From positions 186,001-250,000 of the forward strand of contig OZ025648.1 of assembly GCA_964019335.1 (NCBI GenBank): a stretch of 64,000 bases of DNA, given 5' to 3'. Below the pieces are notes generated by a model. It was not told where the DNA came from. It searched no databases and saw nothing but the letters and a program-made list of their open reading frames with translations. The first letter of the stretch is position 1. Every line of letters begins with the position of its first letter. Of this stretch, positions 37,952-51,200 are shown in pieces. The translations under genes were made by a program, and so were the position numbers. The stretch comes from Diplonema japonicum (taxonomy: Eukaryota > Protista > Euglenozoa: Diplonemea).

Positions 37952-40900
37952 TTACTGTACTTTTTGCCCGAGGAGATGGCTTGTTTCTTCAAGTTTTGAA
38001 CCTGTCAGCGCCAGCTCTTCTTGTTGCATCTCTACTTGTTTGCTCAGTCTGCTTGTGGTGTCGTTCTGGTCACGTATCTGTAAAGATAGTTCTTCAACAG
38101 TGTGCTGAAGTTCTTCTTTGGTCGCTATCGTCTCCTTCAAGGTGTCTATGGTGGCGTCTAGCTTCGAGGCACTGGCCTTGGCGCTGGCCATGTCGACCTG
38201 TTGTTCTGAGCGGCACATGACAAGAACCTGCTTCAGAGACCTGAGTTCTTCTTCAAGGCTGAAGACGTTCTTCTTCTCGGTGAAGGCGTAGAGCTGGATG
38301 GCATTCATTCTCCTTTTCAGAACTTCCACGATCTGTCCCAACGTGCTCTTCTTCTGCGGCAGCTTCTCGGCCTGGCGTTGTGCGGCGTCAAGATTTCTCT
38401 TCTTCTCCTCCAACTGATTGATCGTCAGCTCAACTGTGTCATGATAACCTTGACAAGTCCGGCATACCATCCTCGAAGTTCAACGCTTCTGGCAGAATGA
38501 ACAGGTCAGTGTTCAGCATCACCAAGCACTCTTGCAGTCGCCTTTCCTCCTCTTCTGTTGCCTCACCCTGCTTGATCTTGCTCATCGTGTAGTTTCGGAA
38601 ATCCCTGATAAATTTGTTTTTTTTTGTTCAGATTATTTTTATTCATTTGTATTACCTCTGCAGGTTCTGTAGCTTCTCCTCCGTTAGTCTCAGCTTCGTC
38701 ATCTCAGCTTGTTTCCTCGACAGCTCTCGCCGTGCTTCGTGCTCCGCACGGTTGCTCACCTCTGCAGCTTCTTTGAGTCTTTCCATTGCGTGCTCCATCT
38801 CAACACGCTGGTTAACACCCTTCATCTTCTCCTGTTCCAGCTCGTTTTTAATGTGCACGCACTTCCACTCAGCTTCCTTTGCACCCTTCAGGATGATATC
38901 TTCGTTCTTCCTCAGCCCTGCTATTGTATTTCTACAAATGCTCAGCTCGATAGATAGTTTTCTAATCGTATCCAAGTCGGCCTCCTTGTTCTCTACCGAG
39001 CTGTCGGGGGTGTGATAGGGGGTTTGAACCACGGGTATACCTCAGGGCTTTCGTATTGCTGAGCCCAGCAGCTTCTCTTGCTTTTTGCATCTCTTCCTCC
39101 AGTGCTTCATTTTCTCGGTTCATCTGTTCGCACTCCTCTGATCGCTTCTTTAGCAGCTGCCGGAAGTTGCTGTTCTCCCGTTGTGAAGAATCGAGCATGC
39201 TCCTGACGGTTTCTAGTTGTGTTTCAATTTCACTGCAATGCGCCATCAGCCGTTTTCCTTCAAGCTCGTATGAGCGATTCTGTGTGTGTAAATTGGTTTG
39301 CCTATCAAGTACGGGAAATACCTTTTTCAGAAGCTCTTTGACATAGTAGTCCTCTGCAGGGGGGTCTTTGTTGGTGTGCACAATTGAGCGCTTTGTCTTT
39401 TGCTGGGAGTGCATTACAGAACACAGACGTTCCTTCAGCTTCTCGTATTCCGTCTCTTTGTTCTTCACCATGTCTCGCAGTCGGTGGCTTTCGATGTCGT
39501 TACTCTGGGCCAGCGCTATGAGTTTGTCCCTCTCCGCCTCCAAAGCATGCTTCAGTGAAATCCTCACCCGGTCTGCACCTTCCATCGCCTTTCGGTGCTT
39601 TTCGTCACTTTCCTCCAAAGCCCGCGCCATTGATTTCAGTGTCTTGTTCTGAGACATGAGCGCTAAATGCATCTGGGCAGCGATCAGTGTGTCCGTGTTT
39701 TCCTTTTCTTCCACGGGGGGCTTCTTCCCCTTTCCTGCCTTCTCCTTTTCCTCCTCTTTGGGGGCGTCTTGCTCTCCTAGTGTCTCAGCGATTATGGCCT
39801 GTATCTTGGCTGCAAGTGCCTCCGCTGCAGGTGGTTGGATCTGCACCCTGCCAGCGATGCGTACGTTGAATCTTTCAAGTTGAGCATCGCTGATATCTGC
39901 GTATGCTACCGCACTGTGCTTGCTGGCCTCTTGGATCTGCTTCAGCAAATGTTTGTATTTTGCAATGCTCTTAGGGGACTCTTTAGTTTCTACTGGTGCA
40001 GGCGGGGGCGTCTCTACCGCTCTCTCAGGCTCCTTCACAGCATCTGTCTGGGTAGCAGTGGTGGCTCGGATTGCTTCGGCTGCTGCAAGCTGCGTTGCAA
40101 AGGTCGATTGAAGCTTTTCCTGCTCTTTGATCAGCAGCTGGAGCTGCGACACTGCCGGCTGGTTCAGAGCGTCGTCGAGGACGGAGGAGCCGATGGTGAA
40201 GTTGAGGTTTTGCTGCGCAGCAGGGGTAGCAGGGGACTTCTCAGCGGCGCCCTCGGGGATGTAGTCACAGTCCTTCTCGCTTCGCTGGGAAATGAGCTCC
40301 TTCCACGCAAGCTGCCTCTCGATGACCGAGTAAAACAGATCTGTCATGAATAGTAAAGGTTCAATTCTAGATGGCGGGGAGTTGCTACCGTCATCTTGTG
40401 ACTCACGCAATGCCCGTGCGCCATGTCCCTGCATGACAGGTGCCGTCACCGCTGAACAGGAAGATGCGGAGGTCGGTCGGCTGTCATTCTTTCTGGTATG
40501 AATATCGATGGATCTTGCCTTTTCGATGATGCCTAAGGCGAGGTTTTTGATGCCTTTGAGGAGGAGCTCGAACAGAGTAACGTGAACTTTAAAGAGCCTT
40601 GCTGTGTCGGTGTCGTACTGCAGGTGGAAGAGGGTCTGCTCGAGGTCTGCCATGTCTGATGATACTCCTGTGTGTCCCTTCAGATTGACCTCATCGATCC
40701 TTCGTTGCAGGGACAGGATTTCTGTTTTCAGTTTTGTGATGTAGCCCCTCTCCATGCTGTTGTTCGCAGGCTGCCACTTCGACGCCGTGATGCTTGCAAA
40801 CTTCTGTGGGGCTTTTCCCAGCGGCCTCAACTTGTCATGGCACACAGCAGAAGCACTGTGCGGCCTCTGCGCAAACCTTGCCTTCGGCATGTCCCCTCTC

Positions 40901-40986
40901 GCAGTCGACGGCGGCGTCACGCCCTTCTCCTTCCTCCCCTTCCCAGGCGTGACCACTTTGTCTCGCCACACATCTACCGCCGACAT
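37952..40986 (-). CDS. coiled-coil protein (introns 39001-39040, 38605-38655, 38434-38467)
   Basis: Three short GT-AG introns join the ORFs in frame; no recognisable domain. Confidence 0.7.
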
Positions 40987-41262
40987 CCCTGAGGTAAAGG
41001 TGGTGGTGATGGATTGAGGAGGGGTTGTATATAAAGGAAATTGGAAAGAAGCATAAAAAAGAATACTGAGAAGGCACAACAACTAATCTCCTTTTCAAAA
41101 AAAAAAGGGTGTTGGGGGAAGGGGGGCACGTAACTTCCTTCTTTCGCACAATCTCTTAATAAGAAAAAAATGGGGGGGGGTAATACAACATTGGCAAAAA
41201 AACCAAAAAGGTTTGAACAATAGACTATACAAAAAAAAAAAAAAAAAAAAATAGAGCTAACG

Positions 41263-44200
41263 CTAAATTGCGCCAAAATCGAGGTCGGAGGGTGGGGCGG
41301 CCCGTGTAGGCGGGGTAGGCGGTGGTGGGGGTAAAGAGTGACGTTTTGTGGACGGTGGAGGAGTAGGGGCTGGAGGCAAAATATGTTTCTGCTGCTGCTC
41401 ACCAACATTGATGTTCTTAATCTCAGAGACAAGTTGCTCGAGTTGCGACTCAAGGTCATAAAGGGGCTGACTCGGAGAGCTATCCATACTAACCATGGAT
41501 GGCTGAGGTGTTGGCACCGATGGTGTTGGTGCAGGGGGCAGCGGCGCTTTCATAGGGGGTGCCTCGAGCCGAGGAGGACTCTGCGGTGACGATGACTGCC
41601 CAAGCAGCGGGCTTGCCTGTCTCATAGCAAGGGCTGCATCTAAGGTTGCCTCTGTGACACGTATCCTTCCAGCACTTTCATTGATCGCTCGTTCCAGGTT
41701 CTCTGTTTTCCTCGAGTTTGTCTCCCTCTGCCTGTCCGTCTCCATCAACAGCTCTGTCACCCTCCTCAACTCCCCTTCCATCTTCTCTGCCCTCTCATTG
41801 CTCTTCGATGACAATGCTCTCAGCTGCTCGATTTCTCTTTTATACATCTCCTTCTCCGTTTCCTCTACCTCCGACCTTCTTGTGATCAGTCCTTTCATCG
41901 ACTCCTTCAGGCTTGCCACCTCCCTTTCCCTGTCCACGTTAGCCATTTCCAGTTCCATCTCTCTTTTGTGGTCTCGCAAAAGCATTTCCTGTTTGTGAAC
42001 GTGTGTTTCTTTCTTTTACCCCTTACCTGCATTTCAACCTTCAGCTTCTTCATCTCCTCATCGTGTTGAGTGGAGGCACGCTGTCGTTCCCTCTCGTGCT
42101 CCAAGCGAATAGTAGCCACGACGTTCTGCTGCTCACTCTATTGAAGGTATGGAATAAGACAGGGCTTTCTTTTAGTGCATACCTTTTGCTTCTCGACAAG
42201 CGCCTGTAAGATGCACGCTTGCTCTGTCTTGAGCTTGTTAACTGCTTCTGCTATCTGTTCAGAAGGTGCTGGCCCTGCTGGTGGGGGTGTAGGCGGTGAA
42301 GCTGGTTGTACGGGCTGGGCTGGTACAGGGGGAACCTGAATCTGTACCTGTGGAGGCTGCAGCACGTAAGGCTGGTACTGGGGAGGATGCGCATAATGAC
42401 TAGAGTATTCCAAGGGATGGCTCTGGTGAGGGGGGTAGTGGTGTTGTTGATGGTGATACTTCGGAGAAGGGAAGTCACCAATGGAAACTTGTGCTGTTTG
42501 ACACGAAGACGACCTTGTGCGTGCAGCTTCAGGTCTCTTCGTTTTGACTATTCCCGCGGCGTACTTCGGAAGGCATGCACCCTTCATCCCGAACATTTCT
42601 TTCTCCATTTGCTGCCCCTTGGCTTGAACAGCTTGCGGTTTTGAAAACCTTCTCTGCGGCGGTTGATCGTCCCAACCTCCAAGTTCAGCGGCCTCCAAAG
42701 CCTCAGACTGCAGCAGCAGCTTCGACCTTGGTGACAGACTCCTGGAGTGCCTCTTGAGCGGTCTCACAGGCTCGGACTGCTTAATATTTTCTCCTCTAGT
42801 GGCACCTTTCAAAAGCTTTTCACCAGTTTTTCTGTTTTTAAGCCAGATTTTGCCATTGGTTCCCTTGACCTCGTACCTGTGGAGTAAAATAGCAAGAAAA
42901 CGAGCAACATACCAGTTGTGCAGGGTCTGCTTCCTACGAGGTGCACGCTTCTGCCGCTGCGGCTGTGCAAATGGCGTCATGCTCCGTCCGTCGCTCATTG
43001 CCTCGCAGATGGGGGCCGAGCCAAGGAGGCGGACCCAGTCATCGAGGTGGATAACGCCAGTAGCGTGGGGGTCCAGCAGCATGAGGAGAGTATGCGCCAG
43101 TTCTGTGGCACCTTCTTCCTCAAGGCATTTTATTAGGTCAGTGGCATTAACCTTAGTGGACCTCCGGCCCCACAGCGTGCTATGGATGCTTGTCACTGCT
43201 TCTTGAATCCGCAACTCCTCACGCTGCGCAAAAGGTGTCCGCGAAGACTTGCGAGATGCCTCCTCGTAAGGTGACGGCGGAGTCCAGACAGGCATCTCAG
43301 GTGTCTGTATCCTCGCCACAGGTGTGCCTGCCCGTGGGTCCCGCAGCACGGGCGGTGGGATGGCCGATGCTGAAGATGTCGATCGGTTGCTGCTGTTGCT
43401 GTACTTCCTGACAATAGCATCGTAGAGCTCCAGCTCGTGCCCCGCGTACTGGTCCAAAAGACCGTCGATGTCACATAGCTTATCAGGGTTGCACTCTTTG
43501 TAGATGTTCTCTATCTTCATCTTCCAAGAGCTTTCTGACACGTCAGAGGGCATCCTGGGGAGCATCTCGTCTTGATGTTCCTCCGCAAAGGTAACAGACG
43601 ACCTTCGTTCCTCCTTGCTGCTCGCGGTGGAGAAGGGAGACTGCCCCTCGTTCGATTTCGGCTGCAGTGCAGGTGAAGGTACTGATGTCACATTAGTGAC
43701 AGTCGGGCTCTGTGAAGCTTCTTCGCTTGCAGGCTTGTTGAAACCAGTATCTGGAAGGAGTTCAGGCACTGGGGTGTTGACAGGAATGATGGGGACAGCA
43801 GAAGGTGTGTGTGTCATGACGCTGGCGATGGATGGCTCCCTGGAAAGCAGCGTGCCTTCCACGAAATTGGAGTACTGTTTCCAGTTTTGCTCTTCGTCAG
43901 CCGTGGGCACATCCTCCAGAGGCATCGTCTCAGCCTGGTAATTGCTGGAGGTTTCAGAGTCGGGTGGCTTCTTTTGAGTCGCAGATGAGGGAGTGGTTTC
44001 AATGCTCACCGCACTCTGCTGCATCTGCTGCTGCTGTAACCGTTCTCTCTCTTCTTTGATCATCTGCTGCTGCTGCTCGAGCAACACGCGCTGCTGCTCC
44101 AGCTGCTTTTCTTTCTCTTCTTGCTCCCTCTGTCGAGCAAGCACTGCGAGTTGCTCCTCTTCACGCCGCTTCAATTGTTCCTCGAGCTGCTTGTCCTGAA

Positions 44201-45455
44201 GAGACTTGAGGCGTTCAGCTTCACGCTGCTCAGCTTCCTTCTGCTGCCGTTTTAACAACATTTCTTGTTGGTCTTTCAACATCTGCGCCTCCTGCATTTT
44301 CAGCATTTGAGCCTCTTGCTGTTGTTGCTGTTGTAGAAGTGCGGCTTGTTGGTCCATTTCCAGTTGCTGTCGCTGTCTTTCCTGCTGCATCTGTTCCTGT
44401 TCTTGAAGCCTCCGTTTCTCTTCTTCCTCAGCAACGCGCTGCTCGTTGACACTTGCAACCGGTTCAACCTCCGTTTGGCCCACTGGCACAGCTTGGTGCA
44501 CTTGAGGTTCTACCTGGGGAAGTTCTGCTGTGTTCGGTGCAGGCAATGTTTCTTGCTCGGCTTGTTGCGGGGCTTCCTGCGCTTCTTCAACGAGCTTGGC
44601 CGCCGCTCGCATTTCTTGATTCGAAACCTGGTTTTCAAAGTGCTTCAAAAGCTCATCCTCATCACCGCCACCTTTGGCGTCGGGTTGCTCCATCTCCCAT
44701 TCTTCCTCTTCTTCGTCTTCTTCAAACTCGCCAGCGTCCCATTGCTCTTCAGGGTCTGGTTTGTCAGACGTATCCGGTTTGTCAGATACATCTGGTTTGT
44801 CAGACACGATGTCAGGAGGCTGCCCAGAGGAGCGGAGCATGGCGGAGGGGATGGGTAGGGACCAGTCCTCCGGGGGGAGGCTGTGCTTTGCGACGAGGCG
44901 AAGGAGCACAGCAGGGAGGGATACGTTATTAAGGTTAGCGATCGTGTCGATCAGGGTTTCAAGCTCCTTTTTATCGGACACGTAGAGGTTGTAGAAAGCA
45001 GTCAGGATGTGGGTTACACCAGCAGCAGGTCCGGTCCACTCGGCTAAAGGCTTTTTGTACCTGTTGCACAGCGTGGCCATGACAGTGTCCAAGGGGGTCC
45101 CGTGCGTGGCATCGTCGATGGTTTCTTCCACTTCGTCTTCGCCGTTGATATTATAGTGTTTATAGAATCCTTGAATCCTGAACTCTGCTAGTTCTCTGTC
45201 TATTTCTTGTTCTTCTTCATCATCGTCACCCCCCGCATCCCATTCCTCGTCTTCTTCTGTTCCTGCCTCCCAAGCATCGTCAGCTGCGTCTTCATCCTCT
45301 TCCTCGTCTTCTTCATAGTATTTGTCCTTCAGGTATTTTACTAGCTCCTCCGTGTCACCTTCCCACTCCCTTACTATTTTGTGCACTTCTGCATCGTTCG
45401 GTCTCGCGTCGCTTATCTCCTGGATTAGCCTATCAAGCTCCTCTTCTGCGGTCAT
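41263..45455 (-). CDS. acidic/Q-rich coiled-coil protein with FY...KY helical repeats and an EF-hand-like segment (introns 42138-42182, 41989-42026)
   Basis: WKMKIENIYKECNPDKL...ELYDAIVRKY; LDPHATGVIHLDDW; both introns keep the frame. Confidence 0.75.
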
Positions 45456-45759
45456 TCATACCTGGGGTTGTGATGTAATGGTTGGTTGGGGAAGAAATGA
45501 AATAATGGAAATAACGTGTGGAAAAGGAACTGACATGAAAAACGGAAAAGGGGTGGGGGAGAAAAAAAAAGGGGAAGGGCACGGAGAGATCATCAGATGG
45601 CACACGAGCCCTCGACTAACCTCCAATTATAAAAAAAAAGAAAAAAAAAAGAAAAAAAAAAGGGAATTCTTTTTCTAATCTCAAAAAACTTTTTTTCCCC
45701 CTCCCTTGTTGTTTTATGTTACATTAAGTGGTTCGCTTCATTTTCTTGTTCTCTCCGGT

Positions 45760-46866
45760 TTATGAACTGCTGCTCCGTTCCGGTGTGGTATGTGGGAGGA
45801 GCGGTTCATCTTTTTGGGGAGGTGACCGGGTGAGGGAGATCTTCGAGGCGATAAACTGCACACACACAACACAAACCAACATTATACCAACGAAAAACAA
45901 CCCATGACACAGCAGGTTAGGAACAGGTGGGGCTGACTTAGTTTCCAAGAGCTTTCTGGTTGCAGGCTGCGGAGGCAAGTGATGGTGACGGCCTTCGGGG
46001 GGGGTTAGAACTGAATCGAGTGAAACAAAATAAGTCACACCCACACCAAGCATCACTCCGAACAACGTAGGGGTTTTCTTTTTACCAAATGTAAATCCAA
46101 AATCAACTTTAACACCCGAGCACTTCCCTTTGCTCACCAACATGCTGCTAAGAGGGTTGCTATTATGCGGGTTATCAGGGACAGGGCCTTTTACGGCAGC
46201 ACCCATGAGCTCAAGGGGGGTGATGCTTTCAGTGTTTTGTTTATTTTCTTTGTCAAGCCCTAGTACACCGCTTCTGCTGCCTACTGCGGAAAGTCCACCG
46301 ACGGGAGCAGTGAGGACTTGGAGGAGCTTTGTGGTTCTGGCGTCAAGGGGAGTGGAGAGAACAAGCTGAGCGACTGCTTTGAGGTTTTCTTTAAGTTCTA
46401 TGTTTTCTCGCGCGAAGTCGGACCTGTCTACAGTTATGTTGTCCTGCCGTAAGGTTTCTACTTCTTGTTTGTGGTGGAGCAGCGCTTTTTCTAGTTTTGC
46501 AATTTTGTCTTCGTACTGCGTGACCTTGTCTTTCAAATCGTTGTTTGCTGAGGTGAGATCGCGTTCCCTGGCCTCTCCCGCTTTCGCGCCTCTTGTGAGC
46601 ATTTCTACGCTTCCTGATAGTGCGGTGTTGGAGTGCTCGAGGTTTGCTATCCACCGTTCTTGTTGTTGAAAGTCTTCGTCCTTCCTCCTTCTCTTCCGCT
46701 TCTCCCTCCCTGTTGTGTCCGAGCTCCCCACGCTCCGTTCGGAGGATTCCGTCAACCCAGGCGACTCCGTGCTGAACCCCGCGCTTGATAAAACCTTTTC
46801 GCTCTCAACCTCCATCGGCGAGAGATTCAACGTAAGTTCATCGATTTCGTCCAAATAGAGAGCCAT
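45760..46866 (-). CDS. bZIP-like basic/zipper protein with two TM segments and an RKLL site between them
   Basis: Acidic/Ser N-terminus, REKRKRRRK followed by heptads, TM1 TLFGVMLGVGVTYFVSL, RKLL, TM2 LFFVGIMLVCVVCV. Confidence 0.65.
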   Translation of the reverse strand: MALYLDEIDELTLNLSPMEVESEKVLSSAGFSTESPGLTESSERSVGSSDTTGREKRKRRRKDEDFQQQERWIANLEHSNTALSGSVEMLTRGAKAGEARERDLTSANNDLKDKVTQYEDKIAKLEKALLHHKQEVETLRQDNITVDRSDFARENIELKENLKAVAQLVLSTPLDARTTKLLQVLTAPVGGLSAVGSRSGVLGLDKENKQNTESITPLELMGAAVKGPVPDNPHNSNPLSSMLVSKGKCSGVKVDFGFTFGKKKTPTLFGVMLGVGVTYFVSLDSVLTPPEGRHHHLPPQPATRKLLETKSAPPVPNLLCHGLFFVGIMLVCVVCVQFIASKISLTRSPPQKDEPLLPHTTPERSSSS

Positions 46867-47890
46867 TGTGCTGTTGAGGGTGCTGGGGAGGGGGGGGGGG
46901 GGCTGATCTCAAAAAAAAAAAAAAAAAAAAAGAATGAGAGTTAGGGTACAAATCCTGGGATTTGTACTGCATTGCTGCCACTTTTCACCACGAGCCGCTG
47001 TCATGGTGCAGATATTTCTTCATCAGCGCCTTACTAAGGCGGTTGATGCGATCTCTTCAAGCTGGACTTTAGTTCACTACCGCGGGCGAAGATAAACAAG
47101 GTCTCTTGGGAAAGCCTGTTGGGCTACAAGGGACTTCACTTTTGCTCTCACTGCAGCGCGACAAGGGAGAAGGAAATGTCGACGTTCTTTGCGGGTAGGC
47201 GGACTCATCAAAAAAAAAAAAGGTGAAGGGGAGGGGGGGAAACGTTGTTCTTGTTCATCTTCTCCCCTGGCAGGTTACTGACAGGGACGGGTGGGGACAA
47301 AACAGTAATAATAAAAAGAAAGAGAGAAAGGGAGGCAAGGAGGGAAGTGAGGTAATGGTGAGTGGATAATATTTAACTTTCTTTTTTTGTTTTGTTTTGT
47401 TTTGTTTTTTTTTCTTTTTCCAGGTTTTTCTTTTTTTTTTTGTGGTTTCCTACGAAGAGTAAAGTTCGTACGCGTCTCTCTCTTATTTCTTTCTTTCCTT
47501 TTTTTTTCTTTTTTTTTTTTTTTCCTTTTTTTTCCTTCGGTTAATTTCTCTATATCCCTTATCCTTTCCTTCTCTCTTTTTAAAAAGAGAGATACCTTTT
47601 TTTTCTCTTTTTTCTTTCTTTCCCTTCTGGTAGAAAAGAAAAAAAAGAAGATAAAAGAAGGGAGGAAGAAAAGAACGTGGGAGGGAGGCTATCGAACAAA
47701 TTTGTTTAAAAGAAAAGAAGCCGATGCTCGCATTGAGGTGCGTCGGGAGGGGGGAGGAGGGAAGGGATAGGGGGGGGGAGTAAAGTAAATCATAATAGAA
47801 GCGATGACTTCTATCTATAAAAAGCACTCACCCAATTGTTTGCAAAACAACTATCACAAAGGAGCCGGACTCTGCACACAAAAAAAAAAG

Positions 47891-47925
<35 letters not shown>

Positions 47926-48206
47926 CCACCCAAAAATTTTGTCACATTCGTGTCTCTACTCGTTTCCGGGCTCTTCTCGGAATGGATACAAAATTTCTGT
48001 TTTCTTTTTCTGGCGGCCAATGCAAGCAGCGTACCACACTCCACATGACAGCACACAATAGAAAAAAATAAAAAAATAAAAAAAGAAGAAAAAAAATAGG
48101 GGTGTGGGAGGGATTTGGTGGCGAAAGAGACGGAATACAATCTTATTCTTTTTCTTTTTTTTTTCTTTCTCCCAGTTCATGTATAAAGTAAAACCTCACT
48201 CAAACT

Positions 48207-51200
48207 CTACAGTTCCATTTCTTTCAGGTCTTCTTCGCTAATTTCCGTGTATTGGGCGGGTGTGGTTTCAGGAAGGGGTGGCATGGTTCTCTTGTTCCTC
48301 CTGCTGTAGGCAGTGAGAGCGATTGCGGACCCCATACACAGGGCACCGATGCCGCCCATGAGTGCGTAAAGCCAAGTTTTTGAAGATTCAGAGTCGGTGT
48401 TTTCTTTGGTAGGCTCCTTACCGACAGTGGTTGGGGTGTTGCCCTCTGCTACCGGATCTACCACAAGGCTGCTGCCATCTGTACTAGTGAGAGGCCCCAT
48501 GCCTTTTGAGGCGTCCTTGAGGGCAGCATGCATTTCGGAATCGATAGCGTGTGTGCTCCCATCGATGTAGTACTTCGCAAAGACACCGTCATCGGTAGCG
48601 GTTTTTATCAGCTCTTGGGAGTCTGCCCCGAGGGCGGCTGCGGTGCGTGCGTTGTTCTTCAGCATAGTAACTTCCTCTTTCTGCAGCTCCCTGTTCCAGG
48701 ACAGTGACACGCTCACCGACCACATGGGCATCTTGTCATCTGTCGGCATTGTGTACCCGGCCATCAGGACCCCCACGGTTGTCACCACAAGCTTCTCGGG
48801 GTTCTTTGCCAGCGACGGCGACGCTTTCAACATCGACATCCTGAACTTCCTCAGGAAAGCCTTCGGGTTCTCAATCAGCTCCTCTCCGGCGCCCTTCATT
48901 TTCAACAAGAACCCAGGCCTGCTGAACTCTTCCAGTTCTGGCTCACGGCAGCCAATACCCTTCCAATCGCAGCAGGTGTCTCGCTGATCCAAGGTGAGGG
49001 ACTCTTGTGTCATGCAGTCCATGCTGCACAGCTTGTCCTCATTCCTGCAGCACCACTCTTGCTTCTTGGCATCTGCGTTGATCTCGTCGTCGTCGCAGTC
49101 GTACTTCTGACGTGCGCACTTCATCCCGACGTGGCAGCACTGCTTGATCAACGACATAGGGGTCCTCATACCCTTTCTCAGCTTCTTGCACTTTTCAATT
49201 GTTTTGATAATGCGGTCAATTGGGCATCGCACACCTTGCTCCTTGCAGCACCTGTGTCTGTGCTTCTTCGTCCACGGGGCCTTCGTGCGCGCAGTCCACT
49301 CACAGTCGAGCTTGCAGTTATCGGTACAGACTACGCGGCCGTCGTTGCACGCGCAACTCTTGCAGCCAATGGTGTAGTTCATGCCGTGTGCCAGAACAGC
49401 ATCCCCGCCGTCTACGCAGTCTTTGCCGGTCTTTGGAGGGATACACTTTGCCACCCCGTTACTCTCGAAGCAAGTGTTAGGCGCCTCGCACATTATTTGG
49501 CTACAGGTCGAGACAGGCTTCTGGCAGGTCTTCTCATTGCCCCTCAAGCTTCCGACGGACCTGCACTCCAAGCCCTTTCCGCACTTCATGTCGGACCTGT
49601 TACAGTCCTCACCAAAGCTAAGGTACCTCGGCTTAGACGACACAGGTACGCACCTCGGGCCTGAAAGGTCCTCGATACAAGTAAAGTCATCCATGCAGTC
49701 GACAGTCGCGCAGGTCAAGGTCAGCTTCGGGAACTGACATGTCTTTTCGGACACGAACTCTTCCGGGTTGGAGTTCCTCATCATGCACCTCAACTTCCTT
49801 TGACATTTGCCCTTCACGACGCCTCCGGATTCGCACACCTTGCCCTCAGGGAGGTACATGTTATGCGACGGCACACAGATCTTTTTAGCTTCACCCATTG
49901 GGTACTGCTGCTTCATGCGACGCAGAATCGAGCGACACACCAAACCCTCCATGCACTTGCCAAATACCTCATTGCCAGACTGGCATACACTGCCTTTTGG
50001 AATGACCTTATCCCCAACCTCGTCGCTGCCTTCATTCGACCAATCGCTGCCTGCATGGTTCTCTGACCCATCGCTGCCTTCATTCGACCAATCGCTGCCT
50101 GTCTCTGAACCATCGCTGCCTTCATTCGACCAATCGCTGCCTGCATGGTCCTCTGACCAATCGCTGCCTGCGTGGTCCTCTGACCCGTCGCTGCCTTCAT
50201 TCGGCAACTCAATACCTTCGTTCGATTCATCACAGGCATTAAAGCAGTCAAGTTTTCCGTCAATACACATGCAGACGGTGCAGCCATCCTTGATAGAGTC
50301 CCCATCCTTCACCTTATTGTTTTTATCAGAACAATCCTTCCTCTCTTGCACGACTTGGCAAATCTTCTCAGCACCACGTCTCATGACACCATCACGGACC
50401 CTGCACTCAAGACCCTTGGCACACTTACCAAGCATCTGGTTGTTGCGCCAACATGCCTCACCTTCGGAGATGGCAGGCGGGCAGAACATTTTTGTACACC
50501 CAAGTTCTCCTCGCTTGCACCAGCAAGTGTTGCAGTCAACTTTGCCTGTCTCTCCCTCAGGGATGAAGGTGCCGTCATCAGCCATGCAGCCGGGAAGAGG
50601 GTCGATGATCAATTCAGGTACCTGGCAGATCTTCTCAGCACCAAGTTTCATGACACCATCACGGACCCTGCACTCAAGACCCTTGGCACACTTACCAAGC
50701 ATCTCGTTGTTGCTCCAACATGCCTCACCTTCAGAGATAACAGACGGGTCAATGTCCATGGGAACACACTCCGGACCATTGGGGCCGTCAATACAAGTGT
50801 CGGACCCTCGGCACTTAACAGTGCGGCAGGTCAATTTGGGTACCTGACAGATCTTCTCAGCACCAAGTTTCATGACACCATCACGGACCCTGCACTCAAG
50901 ACCCTTGGCACACTTACCAAGCATCTCATTGTTGCTCCAACATGCTTCACCTTCGGAGATGGAAGGCGGGCATGCCCTCTCCGTGCAGCTGAGTAGGCCA
51001 TCTTTGCAACTGCAGATATTGCAGTCAACTTCGCCAGTCTCTCCCTCGGGAATGAAGGTGCCGTCATCAGCCATGCAGCCTGGAAGAGGGTCGATTGCGA
51101 TGTCAGGTTGGCAGTAGGACTCTGCGACAAAGGTTTCCACACCAGCACGGGGGAGGCACATGGCGCCCTCGGGGCACACACCATAGAACTCATTGTTCCA

